From assembly GCF_048593235.1 (NCBI RefSeq), contig NC_133617.1, positions 534,296,958-534,360,957 of the forward strand: a DNA stretch of 64,000 nt, read 5' to 3'. A model generated the notes under the pieces. The model ran no database searches, was not told the origin of the DNA, and saw only the letters and a program-made list of their open reading frames with translations. Shown here one piece after another: positions 49,503 through 62,260 of the stretch; position 1 is the stretch's first letter; each line of letters begins with the position of its first letter. The position numbers and the translations under genes are program-made. Origin of the DNA: Sminthopsis crassicaudata. Its lineage: Eukaryota.

Positions 49503-50470
49503 AAGAGGAAGCAGAATCAAGATGCAGAGTAGATAAAGATAGGGACTCACATAAGCTCTCCTCCTAAACCTCTCCAAATACCTTTAAAGAATGACTCCAA
49601 ACAAATTTTAGAGAGTCAGAACTCATAAAAAGAGGGAGTGAAATAATTTTCCAGCCAAAGACAACTTAGAATGCCAGCAGGGAAAGGTCTGTAGAATGAG
49701 TGTGGGACTAGAGTACAGTCTCAGCAAAGGTCATGTCAGTACTGCCCCATCCCCAGCAAACCAGGAGCAAGCCTTGAGGCCTCTGAAGCAGTGGTAATAA
49801 CTGTGATTTCCAGTCTTCTCAGCCCACAGATGCCAAGGATGACTTGGAAGGCCATCAGGAGAGGCTTGTCAACTTAGGGTGCAAGGGGAGCCCTAGCAAA
49901 CCAGGAGTGGGCTCTAGGAGCCACTGAATTAATAGTGATTCAAGGGTGGCAGCAGCAGAGGTAGCAACAGCATCAGCAATAACAATGCTTTCCATAGCCC
50001 AGAGATAAGAGGGCTAAACATCTGGTTAGAAGATTACAGGAGTCTCTTGGCTAGAGCTGAGGCAGGACTATTGCTTTGTCCATACCCAGATCTGAGTTGT
50101 AATGCTGACTCACATAGTCCATAGAAGGATTCCTGAAAACAGCTATACAAAACCCCTGAAGCATGGGACATTGCATCTTCTATTCTGCAAAAGAATCCTA
50201 ATTTAACAAAGAGTTGAAGTCACCTAATAGAAATGAGCCAACAGAAAAAAGATTCTGACCATAGAAAGTTACTATAGTGATAAGGAAGTTCAAAATACAC
50301 ACTCATAAGATAACAAAGTCAAAGCTCCTACATCCAAAACATCCAAGAAAAACAAGAAGTGGTTAAGGTCATGGAAGAGATCAAAAGAAATTTTGAAAAT
50401 TAACCTTAATTAACTTGTCTTAAGAGGTAGAGGAAAAATTGGGAAGAAAAATGAGAGTGATGTAAAAGGA
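49503..50470 (+). mobile_element. L1 5'UTR plus ORF1 start, 3' part absent
   Basis: GAGGAAGCAGAATCAAGATG 5' end; ATGAGCCAACAG...CTGACCATAGAAAGTTACTAT (LTIESYY) at ~50233. Confidence 0.85.
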
Positions 50471-50479
50471 AAAGGAAAT

Positions 50480-51140
50480 ATTTCTTTAGAACTTGTGAGA
50501 CCTGGGTGATTATTAGAAAAAGGTGCTGGAGGAAATGGTAGGGAATGGAATCATAGAGGTAAAGGAATTAGTTTTAGTGAAAATAAGACTATCTCTTTTA
50601 TTGTGACCAGAGATAGTGAGGACAGCAAGGATGATGCTATTGAAGTTTTCAAAAATAGAATTAGGGCAGCAGGGATTTTGTTTATGCTATCAAAGAGGAA
50701 AAATGCTGTTCAAAATTGTCACATAAGTGGTCTCAGTTTTCTCAGGATTCTAGGCTTTCAGTTGCAAATTTGTGGGAGAGAAGGTAAAATTAGTGTTGAA
50801 ACAAAAAAAATTTGGAAAAGTCATCATAGAAAAAAGATAAAGAGTTGATAAAGATAGAATAGGGCTGTTGAGAAATATCAAGGATCTAGCTAAGGTTATG
50901 AGTTGTGAATTTGTTGTTGGTGAATAATGTTTGCACAGGGTCCAAATGGAATCTATAAATGGCAAAGTCCTCCAGATATCCAGATGATAATGTGCTTATC
51001 ATTATTATATCAAGCTTCAAAACATAAGCCTTCTTCAAAGAAATCCATGATTATTAAAAAGAGAATAATTTCAAGAGTTTTTTGTATGAAAAAAATCAAA
51101 TGGATAATAAATGACTATTGCTCATACTCTGACATATATT
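50480..51140 (-). mobile_element. L2 endonuclease-region fragment
   Basis: Minus-strand CTGGAGGACTTTGCCATT (cf. LGDFNIH) and CACAACTCATAACCTTAGCTAGAT (cf. TH..GHTLDL). Confidence 0.55.
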
Positions 51141-52516
51141 TGATGGCCAGTCTATTGAGTTAGTACAAAAGAATAAGTTATCTGCTACAAACACTAGAGA
51201 TGGATAATGAGCTATATCTAGACTGAATCATAATTGTTTGCCTTGGAAAAATTGCTTTCAATCTTCTTCCTAAACCCCCTCTCTCCTCCCCAAACAAACA
51301 AAAACAATAATACCTACTATAACAAAAATGCAATGTAGTTTTTATATAGTTACCATAGAACACCATAATTTTTAGAGAATCAAAGTTGTAGAAGGTCCAA
51401 TTAGCAATGAAAATGTGCTTGTAGACTGAAGCATATTTGTATGCTTCAAAGCAAAAGTAGTATAGATAACTTATTGAGAAAATATATGAAACACATTCCA
51501 TCAACTAACTGCCACCAGTAGGATAATTAAGTTCCCCTACAAGTTGGTAAGTACAAGATCCCCTGGAAAAGCAGTGTCCCCCAGACCACTAATTCTGCTC
51601 CCTGCCTGGACTCCTAAAATTATTATTGTGCGAACAGTATCAATTACTGTCATCCTTATCTTCCCTGCCAACTCCAATCACTGATCAAATGCCACCAAAG
51701 GGCAGATAAAACAAGAACCCCAGGAACTGTTGTGCCCCCTGCCATGCTCAGTCATTATCTATGAAGTAACATTTGTGAAAATTTGTCCTGGAAATTTCCT
51801 CTACTGATGCTGTGGCCTCCAGAAGAAAAAAAAATTCACCATGAATATCCTTGGCATTGTCAAGTGTTTCAACATCAGAAGTATTAATGTAAGTTAAACT
51901 GAAGGAGATAAATTATCACATAGATAATTAGATAAAACTGTGCACTAAAGACAAGTGGCCCTTTCCACTTGACCTACAATTGGAATCTCTTCTATATTCC
52001 TGTTAAAATAAGTGCTTTTTAAAAATCAGAGATTAAGTTTTTTATTTGTACCTTTAGCCCTTAATATAGTATTTTACACATGATGAGTGTGTTTCATAAA
52101 GGCTATTTATTAATTCAAAAGTCTTTAAGCTTAAATTTTTTCTTTGCAACTTTACTCATTGTTCCTGGTTCTGTCTTCAGTGACCAAGAAGAGGTACCAT
52201 ATGATCCTCTGATATAGGTTATGTAGCAAGAGAATAGGGAATGGCTCAGAAGATGCTTTAAAGGGCATAGTTGTTATAGACTTTGTGACACAAAGTCATC
52301 ATAAACCCAAGTCATTTTTGTGTGTACAAGACCTCAGACATTTTGCAACAGTCTATCACACAGGACTTTCTCAATGATATTTAATAAAGAAAAGAAGAAA
52401 AAAGTTGATTAAGAAGATTGTGTTTCCAGAGCTCCACTGCTTGGTGATAAAGGGTCTCATCTGCTCTCTATTTTTTCCACAAAATCAGATGTATAGTCAA
52501 AGGGTCAGTTAAAAAC

Positions 52517-52547
<31 letters not shown>

Positions 52548-52806
52548 ATAACATCCAAAGGCTCTGGCTCTCCCTATGCTTATCTGTGACATGAAGGCAG
52601 ATAGAGAAGCTGAAGGCCTTATTGGGAATATTGACAGTTGCTGCTTTCTTGACCCACAGATAAACTGCTTGATTAAACTATTAAATTTGATAAACTCCTT
52701 GATTATGATAATGCATGGATGTTCCACCAATTTGGTATTTTTCTTTCTTAAATGGAAAAAGTTAAATAATAGCAAGTTTCTCTCCAGTTAAGGAGGAAAT
52801 AACATA

Positions 52807-52911
52807 CAGGGTGTCCCAAAAGCTTTAGTGCAATGTTAAGCTACTAAAGCTCATTTAAAACATTTAAGCTATTAAAGCTTAACATTGCACTAAGGCCTTT
52901 GAGACACCCTA
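52807..52911. mobile_element. Tc1/mariner MITE, ~105-bp near-perfect palindrome
   Basis: TA then CAGGGTGTCCCAAAAGCTTTAGTGCAATGTTAAGCT ... AGCTTAACATTGCACTAAGGCCTTTGAGACACCCT; ~36-bp TIRs. Confidence 0.85.
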
Positions 52912-53014
52912 TTTCATCCCCTTCTTTCTTGAGCCAGGAGAAGTTTGATGACACCATAGGAGAATGATTAAGATGTTAATTTTTCCTGGTTGACAGTCAA
53001 TAAGTTGAAGGTGG

Positions 53015-53235
53015 TTCGATTTTTTTTTTATTAAGCTTTTTATTTTCAAAACATATGCACAGATAATTTGACAACAGAGCCTTGCTTCGGATTTTCTCCT
53101 CCTTCCCCCCCACTTCCTCCCCAAGATGGCAAGCAATTCAATTTATGTTAAACATGCTAAAATATATATCAAATCCAATATGTATAAACATATTTATATA
53201 ATTCTCTTGCTGCACAAGAAAAATCAGATCAAAAG
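53015..53235 (-). mobile_element. L1 3' end
   Basis: Poly-T then AAGCTTTTTATTTTCAAAACATATGCA, L1 3'UTR. Confidence 0.9.
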
Positions 53236-54029
53236 TTGGTTAGTTTAAAATGGCATGGAAGAGATGCATATAGTCTTTAAACATCTGCAATCAACAAACA
53301 ATTATTAAACACTTTATATGTGTCAGGTACTATGTGCTAAGTAGACATGGTATAATAATTTTAATTTGTTGCAAAATAGCTAGAGCAGTTCCATAATACT
53401 TTGTAAATTTTATCTGGGATGCTGTTGATTATTTAAATATTAACAAATAATATATGGTACCTCAGGTAGTTTCTGTTAGAAGAAAATGAATCTTTGTATG
53501 GTTATGGATTTTTCACTGTCAACCGTTCTCCACATGATGCTTGAATTTTCAAGACTATTAACATATGTTGTCTGCTTTGTCTTTCAAGTATTACTGTAAA
53601 AAATAATTCTTATAGTCATAGAAAAGATTGTGCCATAATCCTTCATTTTATCTCCTACAGCCCTTTTGCCTTTTAACTAGATTTTGTTTTGCTGTGGTAG
53701 TATTTTATTGTGATCACATTCCTTAATTTGAGGTAGTGCTATTGTTTTGACCCCATAAATATCATACCCCAAGGCTAGCTACCATATGGTGCTCCTCTCC
53801 CTCCTTTTCAGCTTTTTATGTATGTCTTCTCTTAGATTGTAAGCACCTTGAGGGCAGGCACTGTATTTTCCCCCCTAATTTGCATCCTCAGTGCATGATA
53901 CTTAAAAGGCACTCAACAAAGGTTTATTGAACATTGACTATTGGTTACTCCCTCTGAGATCCACACCGAATCACTTCTGTTTAACCACATTTCTCACATC
54001 ACACAAACTTATGAATTACCATAGTGAAT

Positions 54030-54255
54030 AGTCTGCTAGATATAAAGTCTGGTGGACTGAGTTCAAATGCACCCTCGGATAATTAATAATTATATGACTT
54101 TGGGCATTCTTTTAATATCTCTCTGCCTCACTTTCCTCATCTGCAGAATGGGATAATAATAGCACCTACCTCAAAGGATTGTAGTGAGGATCAAATGAAA
54201 TAATTTGAAAAGTGTTTCATAAAGTGTTATAAATATGCTAGCTGCTATTATGACT
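54030..54255 (+). mobile_element. MIR SINE
   Basis: GAGTTCAAATG...CCTCACTTTCCTCATCTGCAGAATGGGATAATAATAGCACCTACCTC. Confidence 0.85.
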
Positions 54256-54359
54256 CTTCCACAATACTGAATTACTCTCATGCTGAACCAAATCGCATTC
54301 ACACCATTGTCTTGTCACTTTATGACTTGATAGTACATACCATAACTACAAGTTCTCAG

Positions 54360-55196
54360 TACATAATATTTTTTTTACAACACACAGCCTAATTTCTAAC
54401 CCCCCACCTAGCCCAGAGGCTAATTCCATTTACCCTTATATATAACTAAGGAATCCAGCACAGCTAAGAGACTCCTAAATTCTTCTTGACAGTAGCTTCC
54501 TCAATATCTGACATCAGTATCTCAGGCAGAGTGGCCATAGCTATCCCAGCAGTCAATAAATCTCAAACCATTACTCATCACCTCACAAATTGTTTCATAT
54601 TTCATTGCTAGCCCCAGTAAATATACACTTCAGCATTTATAGATTTTTCTGAGTACAGAGAAATTTGACAGTACTTTAATTCTTTTTCTTTAGCAGCTTA
54701 CAGACCAAATTTTATGTAACCCAAACCCCTCAAAAGTTATCCCCTAACGCTGGTTAGATTTAAAGTTCAGCTCACAAGGTCCCATTCGATATTTTCTTCT
54801 TATCAGCATAAACCAGAGAGCACACTAAATTAAATCAAAGGTATTTAATTAGAAAGAACAGCAAAATAAATAACAAAACACAAACACTGCTCCCTCTTAT
54901 TCCACAAATGCATTTACACAGACTTCTATTATCATTGGTGGAAGAAGGAACATATGCAGTCTGAACAACTCATATTCATTGGACTGTGTCCTAGCATTAA
55001 TATCTCTCTGTCTCTCAAGTTACCACTTACTGCTCTCAGGGCAACTTAGAATATCATCAGCTACTCTGGGGATGTCATCCTTTAGCTTATTTTCTTTGTT
55101 GTGCAACTATCTGTTGGTTCTTTGGTGAGCTGTTCCTGCTGCTTTTGTCTACTGATTTTATGCTCAATATTAGCAGGACTTAATTTTATTACCACA
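54360..55196. mobile_element. Two adjacent LTR-like segments (~54360-54590 + and ~54715-55196 -)
   Basis: First has TATATATAA and AATAAA (~54555); second starts TG and ends CA with a reverse-complement AATTAAA; TSDs not clean. Confidence 0.4.
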
Positions 55197-56384
55197 TGTA
55201 ATCAGGAGACAAAAAAATTTATTTAGGTTAAAATCTGTGCTGTGAACTGTAATTGATTCTTCTTTTGGAAACTCCTTGAGCACAGCCTGCAATTTGGATT
55301 GGGTGATTCCGTTTCTTTTAATGGCCACCACATTGCTAAATACTGTGATAGAGCTCTGCAAATTATCCCAAAGTTTTATATTAACAGTACTAGAGAAGAA
55401 TAGAGTTAGCATTTTTTATACACCGGAATTATACCTCTTCCTATGTGTAGAGCATTCCACTCCCTGGTAACACACATAGCATAGCAAAATTGCCCTTACA
55501 ACTATTTGCACTTAAAGATTTTCAGTAATGTTGAAGTAGGATCCTTACATTCTTATTTTTCTTATTTTTATAGCTCCATTATTTCTCATAATATTATCTT
55601 CATTTTGTATCAACTTTAGCATGAACTTGATCAAAATAACTGCCAAGATAACCTTAAAGCATAGCTCTGTCTCTTTTCTCATGGACAAAAGCCCTCAGTG
55701 ACTCCTTATTACTTTGTATAAAATATATACTTCTAGTATTAAGGAATCTTCACAATCTGGTTCCAATCTACTTCCCCAGGTTTAATAGATATTACTCTTT
55801 TTTAGTCACTCTATCTTCAGGAACAGGCTACTTCCAATAAAGAAACCAAACAAATTCTACTATACAGTAGCCTCTAGCACACCAGGACATCTCCTTATTC
55901 AGATCCCTTCTTCTGCTCCTGTTCTAGCTGAATTTGGAACACTGGTTTTTGATTTGATAAACACAGGTAAAGGTTTGGGTTGTGTCTACCACTGCATATT
56001 GTATCCTGTAGTCTGTCTCAATTTTTCTGCCTATGGTCTTTCCTTTTGCAGGTAGAAGTCAAGATCCCAACATCCAATAATCCAGGTGTCTGACTCCTAA
56101 AGTCCAATGTATTGTCTGTATAAGGGGCAGCTCTCTGTCCTCATTATCCAGTTGGTGAAAAGCAATTTTCTCTCAAGGGAAAAAAGAAAAAGAAATAGAG
56201 AACCTTGAACCATGTACACTAATACATACATCATCTGCTGCCTCACAAATTTTTTCTCCTATGGGAATTTCCAGTGATCTCTTGACTTCCACAGAGATGA
56301 ATTCCCTGCTATGCCAATTAATATTGCAATTTTTGCAGGGAAATTGCATCAGCTTTCCAAGATGTTGAGTACTGAAAATAATAA

Positions 56385-56625
56385 GACCAACTAGCATCTA
56401 GATGGTGTTTGAAGGTTTGCAAAGTACTTTATACATACCTTATTTCTCCTTATAACAATCCTGGAAGGTAGGTACTTCTATTATCTCCATTTTACAGATG
56501 AGGAAAAGGAAGCAGACAAAAATTAAGTGACTTGATCAAGAGTCACACAGCTAGTAAATATCTAGGATGGTTTGAACTCAGGACTTTTTGACTCCAAGCC
56601 CAGAATACTATCCATTGATCTTGCT
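56385..56625 (-). mobile_element. MIR SINE
   Basis: CCATTTTACAGATGAGGAAA...AAGTGACTTGATCAAGAGTCACACAGCTAGTAA...TTTGAACTCAGG. Confidence 0.88.
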
Positions 56626-57487
56626 TCCAGATCAAATGTTACTGATCTGAATGTAGGTGATAAAGCTCAGTTCTCTTTGAAACTTTTCTAAAACCAAGTT
56701 TAGAGAATTTGACGTTGTAAGTTAAACCCATTACAACCAAAATACAAACTATAAAAAGCATTTACAATCCCCCAGCCAATACTCACTTCCCACAAGGGAA
56801 GTTCATTAAATTAAATTCAACAACTTAACATCAATTAAAAAAAAATTTAAGTGGATAGTAAGTATAAAAAACACCCAATTTCAGGGCAACAACAACAATA
56901 ATAGCAGCAACTGAACAATCCCTTGGACTTTGAATTGTAATTGAATTTGATGTACATGTAAATAGAGGTATTCCCTTTTAAAAAGTTCAACCAGTCATCA
57001 AGTCTTCTTATTTAGTGGTTAATAAGGTTATGGCTTCACCATCCCCAAAATGCCCAATAGGAATCAAGAGCAGCTCAATATAATCAGAGACACATACACA
57101 CATATTCACAATATGTGTTTATATGAATATATATGCATATACAATCATCTTAATTCCTCCTACACTTGTTTTGCCCCTTTAAAGTGAAGTGTCCCAGTAA
57201 AGTATCCCATTAAGAGTGATGGATGGCTGAAGAATATTGGGATAGATAGAAGTTTAGGAAGTTTGTCATCTTGTCATAACATCAGAGCAGTTTAAATTAA
57301 AGAATGAGGACACTAAGTTTTCATATCTCTTTCAACTTAAAAAAGTTGCCCTTAGGTGAAGGTTGAAGCAATATTATTTCCTGCTAGCAATTTATTGTAG
57401 ATCAAAAATTTGCAAGCTGTCGTCTAAAATATTACTGTTACACTTTTGTTTTCTTTGGCAAACCCATGGATAAAGCAAAAAAAAAAA

Positions 57488-57507
57488 TTATATATATATA
57501 TATATAT

Positions 57508-57558
<51 letters not shown>
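57488..57558. repeat. Interrupted (TA)n microsatellite
   Basis: Seen directly. Confidence 0.95.
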
Positions 57559-57904
57559 TCAGTTGTTTTCTAAAATGAGGGCAATAGTATATTTTCATTC
57601 CCTTATCAAATCATAGGTGAGGATTCATGGATGTGTTTTCCCCAAAGCCCCACTACTTTGTAATTCTTTTATATTTATTTATTTTTCATATGTTATTTCC
57701 TTAATTTTTGTCCTTGTAATCTCAATTCCTAGCACATTGCCTGACGAAAGAAAGTGCTTAATAAATGTTCATTGGATTAAATTAAATTTAATTATATACT
57801 TTTTTTTTCAAAAGGAAAAAAATAATTTTTAGAACAACTGAGAAAATCTCTACACTAAATAACTAAATAAACACTAGATATAGTTCCAATGAATATTGGG
57901 TATA

Positions 57905-58110
57905 TGGCAGTTGGGTAGAGCGATGGATAGAATGCTGGGCCCGGAGTCAAGAGGATGTGAATTCAAATCCATTTTAAACACTTATTAGATGTGAGTAAAT
58001 TACTTTACTCCAGGCAGTCTCGGTTTCATCAACTGTAAAATGGAGATGATAATAGCATCTCCCTTATGGTGCCTGGCATAAAGTAGGTACTATATAAAAG
58101 CTTATTCCCC
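57905..58110 (+). mobile_element. MIR/Ther SINE
   Basis: GGCAGTTGGGTAGAGCGATGGATAGAATGCTGGGCCCGGAGTCAAGAGG..TGAATTCAAATCC. Confidence 0.85.
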
Positions 58111-58799
58111 TTCCCCATCAATCAAAATCAATCAAAATTATAAGATTTATTTAATACTCAGTTATCTTTTAAAATGTGTAATTGACAACTTTGCCTCATT
58201 TCCCTCTAATACATACTTTAATGTATCAAACATACATGCCTTTCTTTGTTTCTCATTTCTATAAATGATTTTGATTTTTTCCTTGTCCTTACCATGTAAC
58301 AGATACCAAAAAAAATTGCTGACTCGAATTGAATTTCTGGGTTATATACAATCTTTAACCTATATGTAAAAAGCTGTATAATTCAAGATTTTTTTGAATA
58401 ATCTGACATTAGTTCTGAGATTTTCTTAAATTCTTTGGAAAAGAAAATATAACATGACATATTTCAAAGCAGAAAAAATTCACAATAATAAGCTTTTTAG
58501 ATCCCAGTCTGTGTCTAAAAGTAAAATTTTAAGAAATTATTTTATATTATAGGAAATTTCCTTTATAATATAGGAAATTCTGTATTTCAGGTAAGTCATT
58601 CCCTTAAGGCAACTGATGATTTCTATGTCATTGCATTAAAGAAAGAAAAGAAGAGAAGAGAAGAGAAAAGAAAAGAAAAGAAAAAATAATCCAATGGCAA
58701 TGATCTCTTTTAAGGCAAAAATATCTTGGGGAAAAAATGTACCCAAGAAATGTTCTGTGTAAACAGTTAAACAGAAGAGAAAAAGGAAAAAAAAAAAGA

Positions 58800-60450
58800 T
58801 TAACAACAATTTCACAGCAACTGGAGCATTTGACTTGCAGTAAATGTATCCCCTAATGATATGAGTAATTTATGATGGAAAGATGCAATGATATGAGTTA
58901 TATAATACTTGGTGACAAATTGCAGTTATAATAAATGATATTACTTCTACTTATCAGGATTGGTGAAGGGAGTTGCAAGATCTGAGATATTTCAACCTTG
59001 AAAATTTTGGTGGATGCAAAGCCTTAATATTGTCTATGAAGCTAGCTATATCTCTGAAGTGCCTGGAGTTGGCTTCATCTCCTGATGTGTTTGGATAGCA
59101 TTTTACTTTCCAATATGTTTCTATCCAGTATTTCAATGTGTCAGACAATGTGTTCCAGTCACATTTCATCTTCTAGCAACTACACATGAATTCCCTAGAC
59201 TTGCATAAATGCCAGATACTTCAGAAAACCAACAAAGTTGTCAAATTATAAGGCATCTTTTTTGCTCCTCAAAATTCAGACCTATAGGGACAGGCTCTCC
59301 AGAGATCATTTTGAAAGTTGATACCTTAATTTTAGCAGCTGAATTTTGATTTTCAGAAGGTGAAGATGGGGGTGGTGATGAGGTAAATCTTTGACAATTA
59401 TTCAACATGAAGTTAGTGGAATGTCCTTATGTATTAACCAGGCAAGAGAGTGTCTCAATTAATCAATAATAGGCTTTAGACTAAGTGTGGGAAAGGTTTT
59501 GATCAATTGAAGTAATGCTGCACAGGAAGTGTGTTTTAATTGTCTGAGAAACTTGGTAATGAATGTGGGTTGCTTATAAAATAATTATTCTTGTCACATC
59601 TGAGAGATTTTGAATACCTAATATTGAAGATGAGGGAGCATTCCAGCTAACCCCCTAAGAAAGATAGAAGAGAAGAGCTCTAACTTCAGTGTTGGTGTTT
59701 TCCTTCTCTTTGCCCATGTCTGAAGGGTGCAGAAGAGTTTGGATTTCCAGCTTTCCATCAGGATCCTAGCTTTCTCCCTGGGATAATATAAGTGGACAGC
59801 CGTGTCCGCATCAGGACCTGAGATGTAATGAGATAAATATATTCTACAAAAAAGACCAGCAGAAAAATCCACAGTGTAACAAAGGGGAATATCTTGAAGA
59901 TTCCAACAAAAGGACTTCCAGATTCTATAAATTGCTTTATTTGTCACATGTACTCTAAGTTTAAATCCATTTTCCCCGAAATTTGTGTGTACTGGTGTTA
60001 CAGACATTTGGGGAAATGCTTTCTACCAATTCTTCTCCCCATATTGCCTTAGTTAATATAGAATTCTAAAGTTTAATTAAATTTGGCTGACTAATTGGTA
60101 TCAAATAATAATAATGGCAAGAAGGCCATTGGAATGAGGGATCAAGACAATAGCATCAGAAAGATATGTTGAGAGAAGAACATCGAATAATAGACATTTT
60201 TTCCAATTCCTATGACTACCTAAACATCTCTAAAACAGAAATAATATGCCAAAGATAAAGCAATTTTAGCTGTTGTCACAGTCTAGGGACACCCAGAAAC
60301 CAAGAGAAGATTAAAAAATCCTCCTAAACTCAAAATCTAATATTCACTGACCTTGAGCTCATTCAACAACCCTCCTTTATGTCCCATGCTATCAGCATTA
60401 ATGCTGTACCTGCAGACACAGATTTACTTCAACACCCATTCTTGTACCCC
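58800..60450 (-). mobile_element. Dong/R4-clade (Mam_R4-like) non-LTR retrotransposon fossil
   Basis: Collinear minus-strand motifs: LLNE (~60370); decayed YMDDLKL (TTTCTGGGTGTCCCTAGACTG, ~60279-60299); decayed YKYLG (60046-60060); NKAI; SFCWNLQDI; PDAD..HLYYPREKARIL (cf. HPKADVDRLYLPRKEGGRGL); KHI; TKYYITHIIASFHHKL (cf. TEY..RHN.VA.IIH..L). Confidence 0.75.
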
Positions 60451-60479
60451 ATTCCTCCTTCCTTCTTTCTGTGGTGTTA

Positions 60480-62260
60480 GACCCTGGCTCTAGGCTGCAG
60501 AAGTTTTCTTGGACCACAACAGCAAGCTTGAACACAGCCTTTAGGAACAAAAGCCTGTCAAGGGCTGCAACCAAGCACTGGTGCTAGGGAAGCAGGCACT
60601 GAACTGTTGGTGCCAGACCAGAGAGAGAGGAATAGGTCACTAGGGTGGGACACTATGGTGTGTAGGGAACTGTGAAGCACTCCACCAAGCCTAAAGGAAA
60701 GAGCACAGCCTCTACCTGAGGCCGGATCTGAAAATCCAAAAATCACATGGGGCAGAGATCCAGGCTACTTATTTGTGAAATGACACTGTGGGGGATGCTG
60801 AGACTCTGAAATCCAACCTTAAAAGAAACTACAATAAGAAGGGAGGAAGTCAGGATGAAGGAAGATATGAGGAGAAAAGATTAAAAAATAGCAATCATTT
60901 CAGGAAGAAGAAAACTCAAAGACTTTGAACACAAACAGACAAATCAATGGAAAAAAACAATACCAATAGAAGGACATATGACCTTCAGGTCTCCTAAACA
61001 AATTCAGGCATCTATGAATTAAAAAAAAAAAAAAGGTGGAGGGGAAATGATTCAACACTTGTTGAGACAGAGGACCCGGTAGAATTTAGAGAACATGGAA
61101 ACACAACACACAACAATGTTTTAACAGTGTATTTACCATAGTGATATAACAGTGTATTATCAACAATGATTTAAAATAGAAATGAGAATTTTGAGAGTAG
61201 AATTTATGTCCCACACAGAAAAATAATGGTCAGAATCGAAAAGTTAGAATCTACAATGAACAATTTCATTTAAGAAGCAAAAGATAGGGTAAGTACAGAA
61301 AAGTAAAAGACAACCTAGAAGAAGAGAAGCAAAAACAAGAACTTTGAAAATATGCACACTCATTATACAAGCAAAATATCATAACTCCAAGGTGAGATGT
61401 GCAGAGACAACTAAAGAATCATAGGTTTCTCAGAAGAACACATCAGGACAAAAAGGCTTAATACTATAAAGAAGGAAATAACAAAAAACTCTCCAGAAGT
61501 ACTAAACACAGAAAGTGAAATTTCATAGGTTTTCATAGAAAATTCATAGATTCAGAGAATTCATAGATCATTTCCAGAAACAAACTTGAATAATTCAATT
61601 CAGAAACAAGCTTTGTAAACATCAAAGGACATTTGGTTTTACAAAGGAAAGGACATTTGAGTAACACAAGATTACTTCATATCCACTAGAAAAAACAGGA
61701 GGGAATGGAATAATAATTCCTTCAGAGGAATGGAACTCAAGATACAGCCTACTGTGAATTTTCCTGCAAATCTGAGTTTAACCATATAGGACAAAAGATG
61801 AGTATTCAATAATTAAAGAGAGTTTAAAACATTTTTAGAAGGAAAACCAGAATTGAAAAGATTTACCTTTCAAATACCTTAAACAACAGAAACACAGGAG
61901 GAATAAATAAATGCAATAGGCAAAGATAGCAGTGGTGACAATAGAAAACAGAAAGAGTTTTCTTTCTAAATAAATGCAAGGAGACAGATATGAAGACAGA
62001 AATCTGGTAGAGGTAATGTAAAGTCTATTATGGACAGAATTTAGCTAATAGGTGAATGTTTTTTTTTTGGTGGGATTATATTATATCATGTGAGGGTATA
62101 TAAAAAGGGGGAAGATGAGTAGAGTTATAGAGGAGTATAGGGCCAAAGTCTCACAATGAGGGGACGGTGACCTCTATAGTCTCAGAGAAGAGCCTAAATG
62201 GGAATGAGTGAGAAGGAGTGGGGGTGAGAATGAGGAAGGGGAAGATTAAAAAGAAAGAAC
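60480..62260 (+). mobile_element. L1-family 5'UTR, decayed ORF1 and spacer
   Basis: GC-richer 5'UTR ~60480-60800; ORF1-like RDNLRIIG.SEEH (~61400-61440) and ELKIQPTVNFPANLSL (~61730-61780). Confidence 0.8.

Noticed and set aside
58900-59000. Parvovirus VP1 phospholipase motif (KYLRSCNSLHQ vs KYLGPGNSLDQ)
   Set aside because: Catalytic HD is absent, spacing is off by two, and there is no NS1 or capsid context. The region is explained by the R4 element.
58860-60100. Endogenous mononegavirus (bornavirus-like L) fragment: SIFLRGLAGMLPH vs SVFFRGMSDPLP, WGEELV vs WGRDLV, SFIDNIKALHP
   Set aside because: The matches are out of order or need many ad hoc gaps, and no GDNQ is correctly placed. The same DNA gives a collinear Dong/R4 RT motif series.
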